The notes beneath the pieces are model-generated. The model was not told where the DNA came from. It did no database searches and saw only the letters and a list, made by a program, of their open reading frames with translations. A DNA stretch of 64,000 nt, taken from assembly GCF_056746865.1 (NCBI RefSeq), contig NZ_CM163382.1; one strand, given 5' to 3'. Shown here one piece after another: positions 63,886 to 64,000 of the stretch; position 1 is the stretch's first letter, and each line of letters starts with the position of its first letter. The position numbers and the translations under genes were made by a program.

Positions 63886-64000
63886 TAAACCATTCCCGCC
63901 ATTATCGAATATGAATTTCTCCAGCCATGACTGTAGAGGTATCGGTTAAAGATAGATAATCATTTTTGAATAACTTTTAATACCCGTCGCGTTTAGTCGT

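Overview
This window reads as Escherichia coli chromosome, with gene identities assigned from recognisable protein sequences in the ORF track and from motifs I could read directly; no database search was run. Left to right: an intact RtcB-family ligase and prfH pair with a downstream YdjM-like membrane gene, then pepD, gpt, frsA, crl, phoE, proB, proA and tRNA-Thr (thrW, anticodon CGT). No integrase or prophage follows thrW. Instead there is a LysR 3' remnant, a roughly 270 bp degenerate copy of the ykgO-3'/ykgR segment, a LysR regulator, a Cys-type alpha/beta hydrolase, an MFS transporter, and paoDCBA, where paoA is split at Val67 by an IS911-like element with a 3 bp duplication. Then come yagU, ykgJ, the ecpRABCDE pilus operon, ykgO-ykgM with a Zur-box palindrome, ykgR, and an accessory redox cluster (Old Yellow Enzyme, second Cys-hydrolase, two LysR regulators, two aldo-keto reductases). 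After that: a full-length eaeH adhesin, ykgA, a third aldo-keto reductase split by a 1195 bp IS5 with TTAG duplications, rclCBA/rclR, ykgEFG, ykgH, betABI/betT, pdeL and yahB. I found no CRISPR array and no large unexplained ORF, so I cannot point to a clearly novel system. The best candidates for something under-described are the thrW-adjacent scar with the ykgO/ykgR fossil, the accessory redox cluster, a 15-codon ORF with a consensus Shine-Dalgarno ahead of rtcB, and a terminator-like structure in the eaeH leader.
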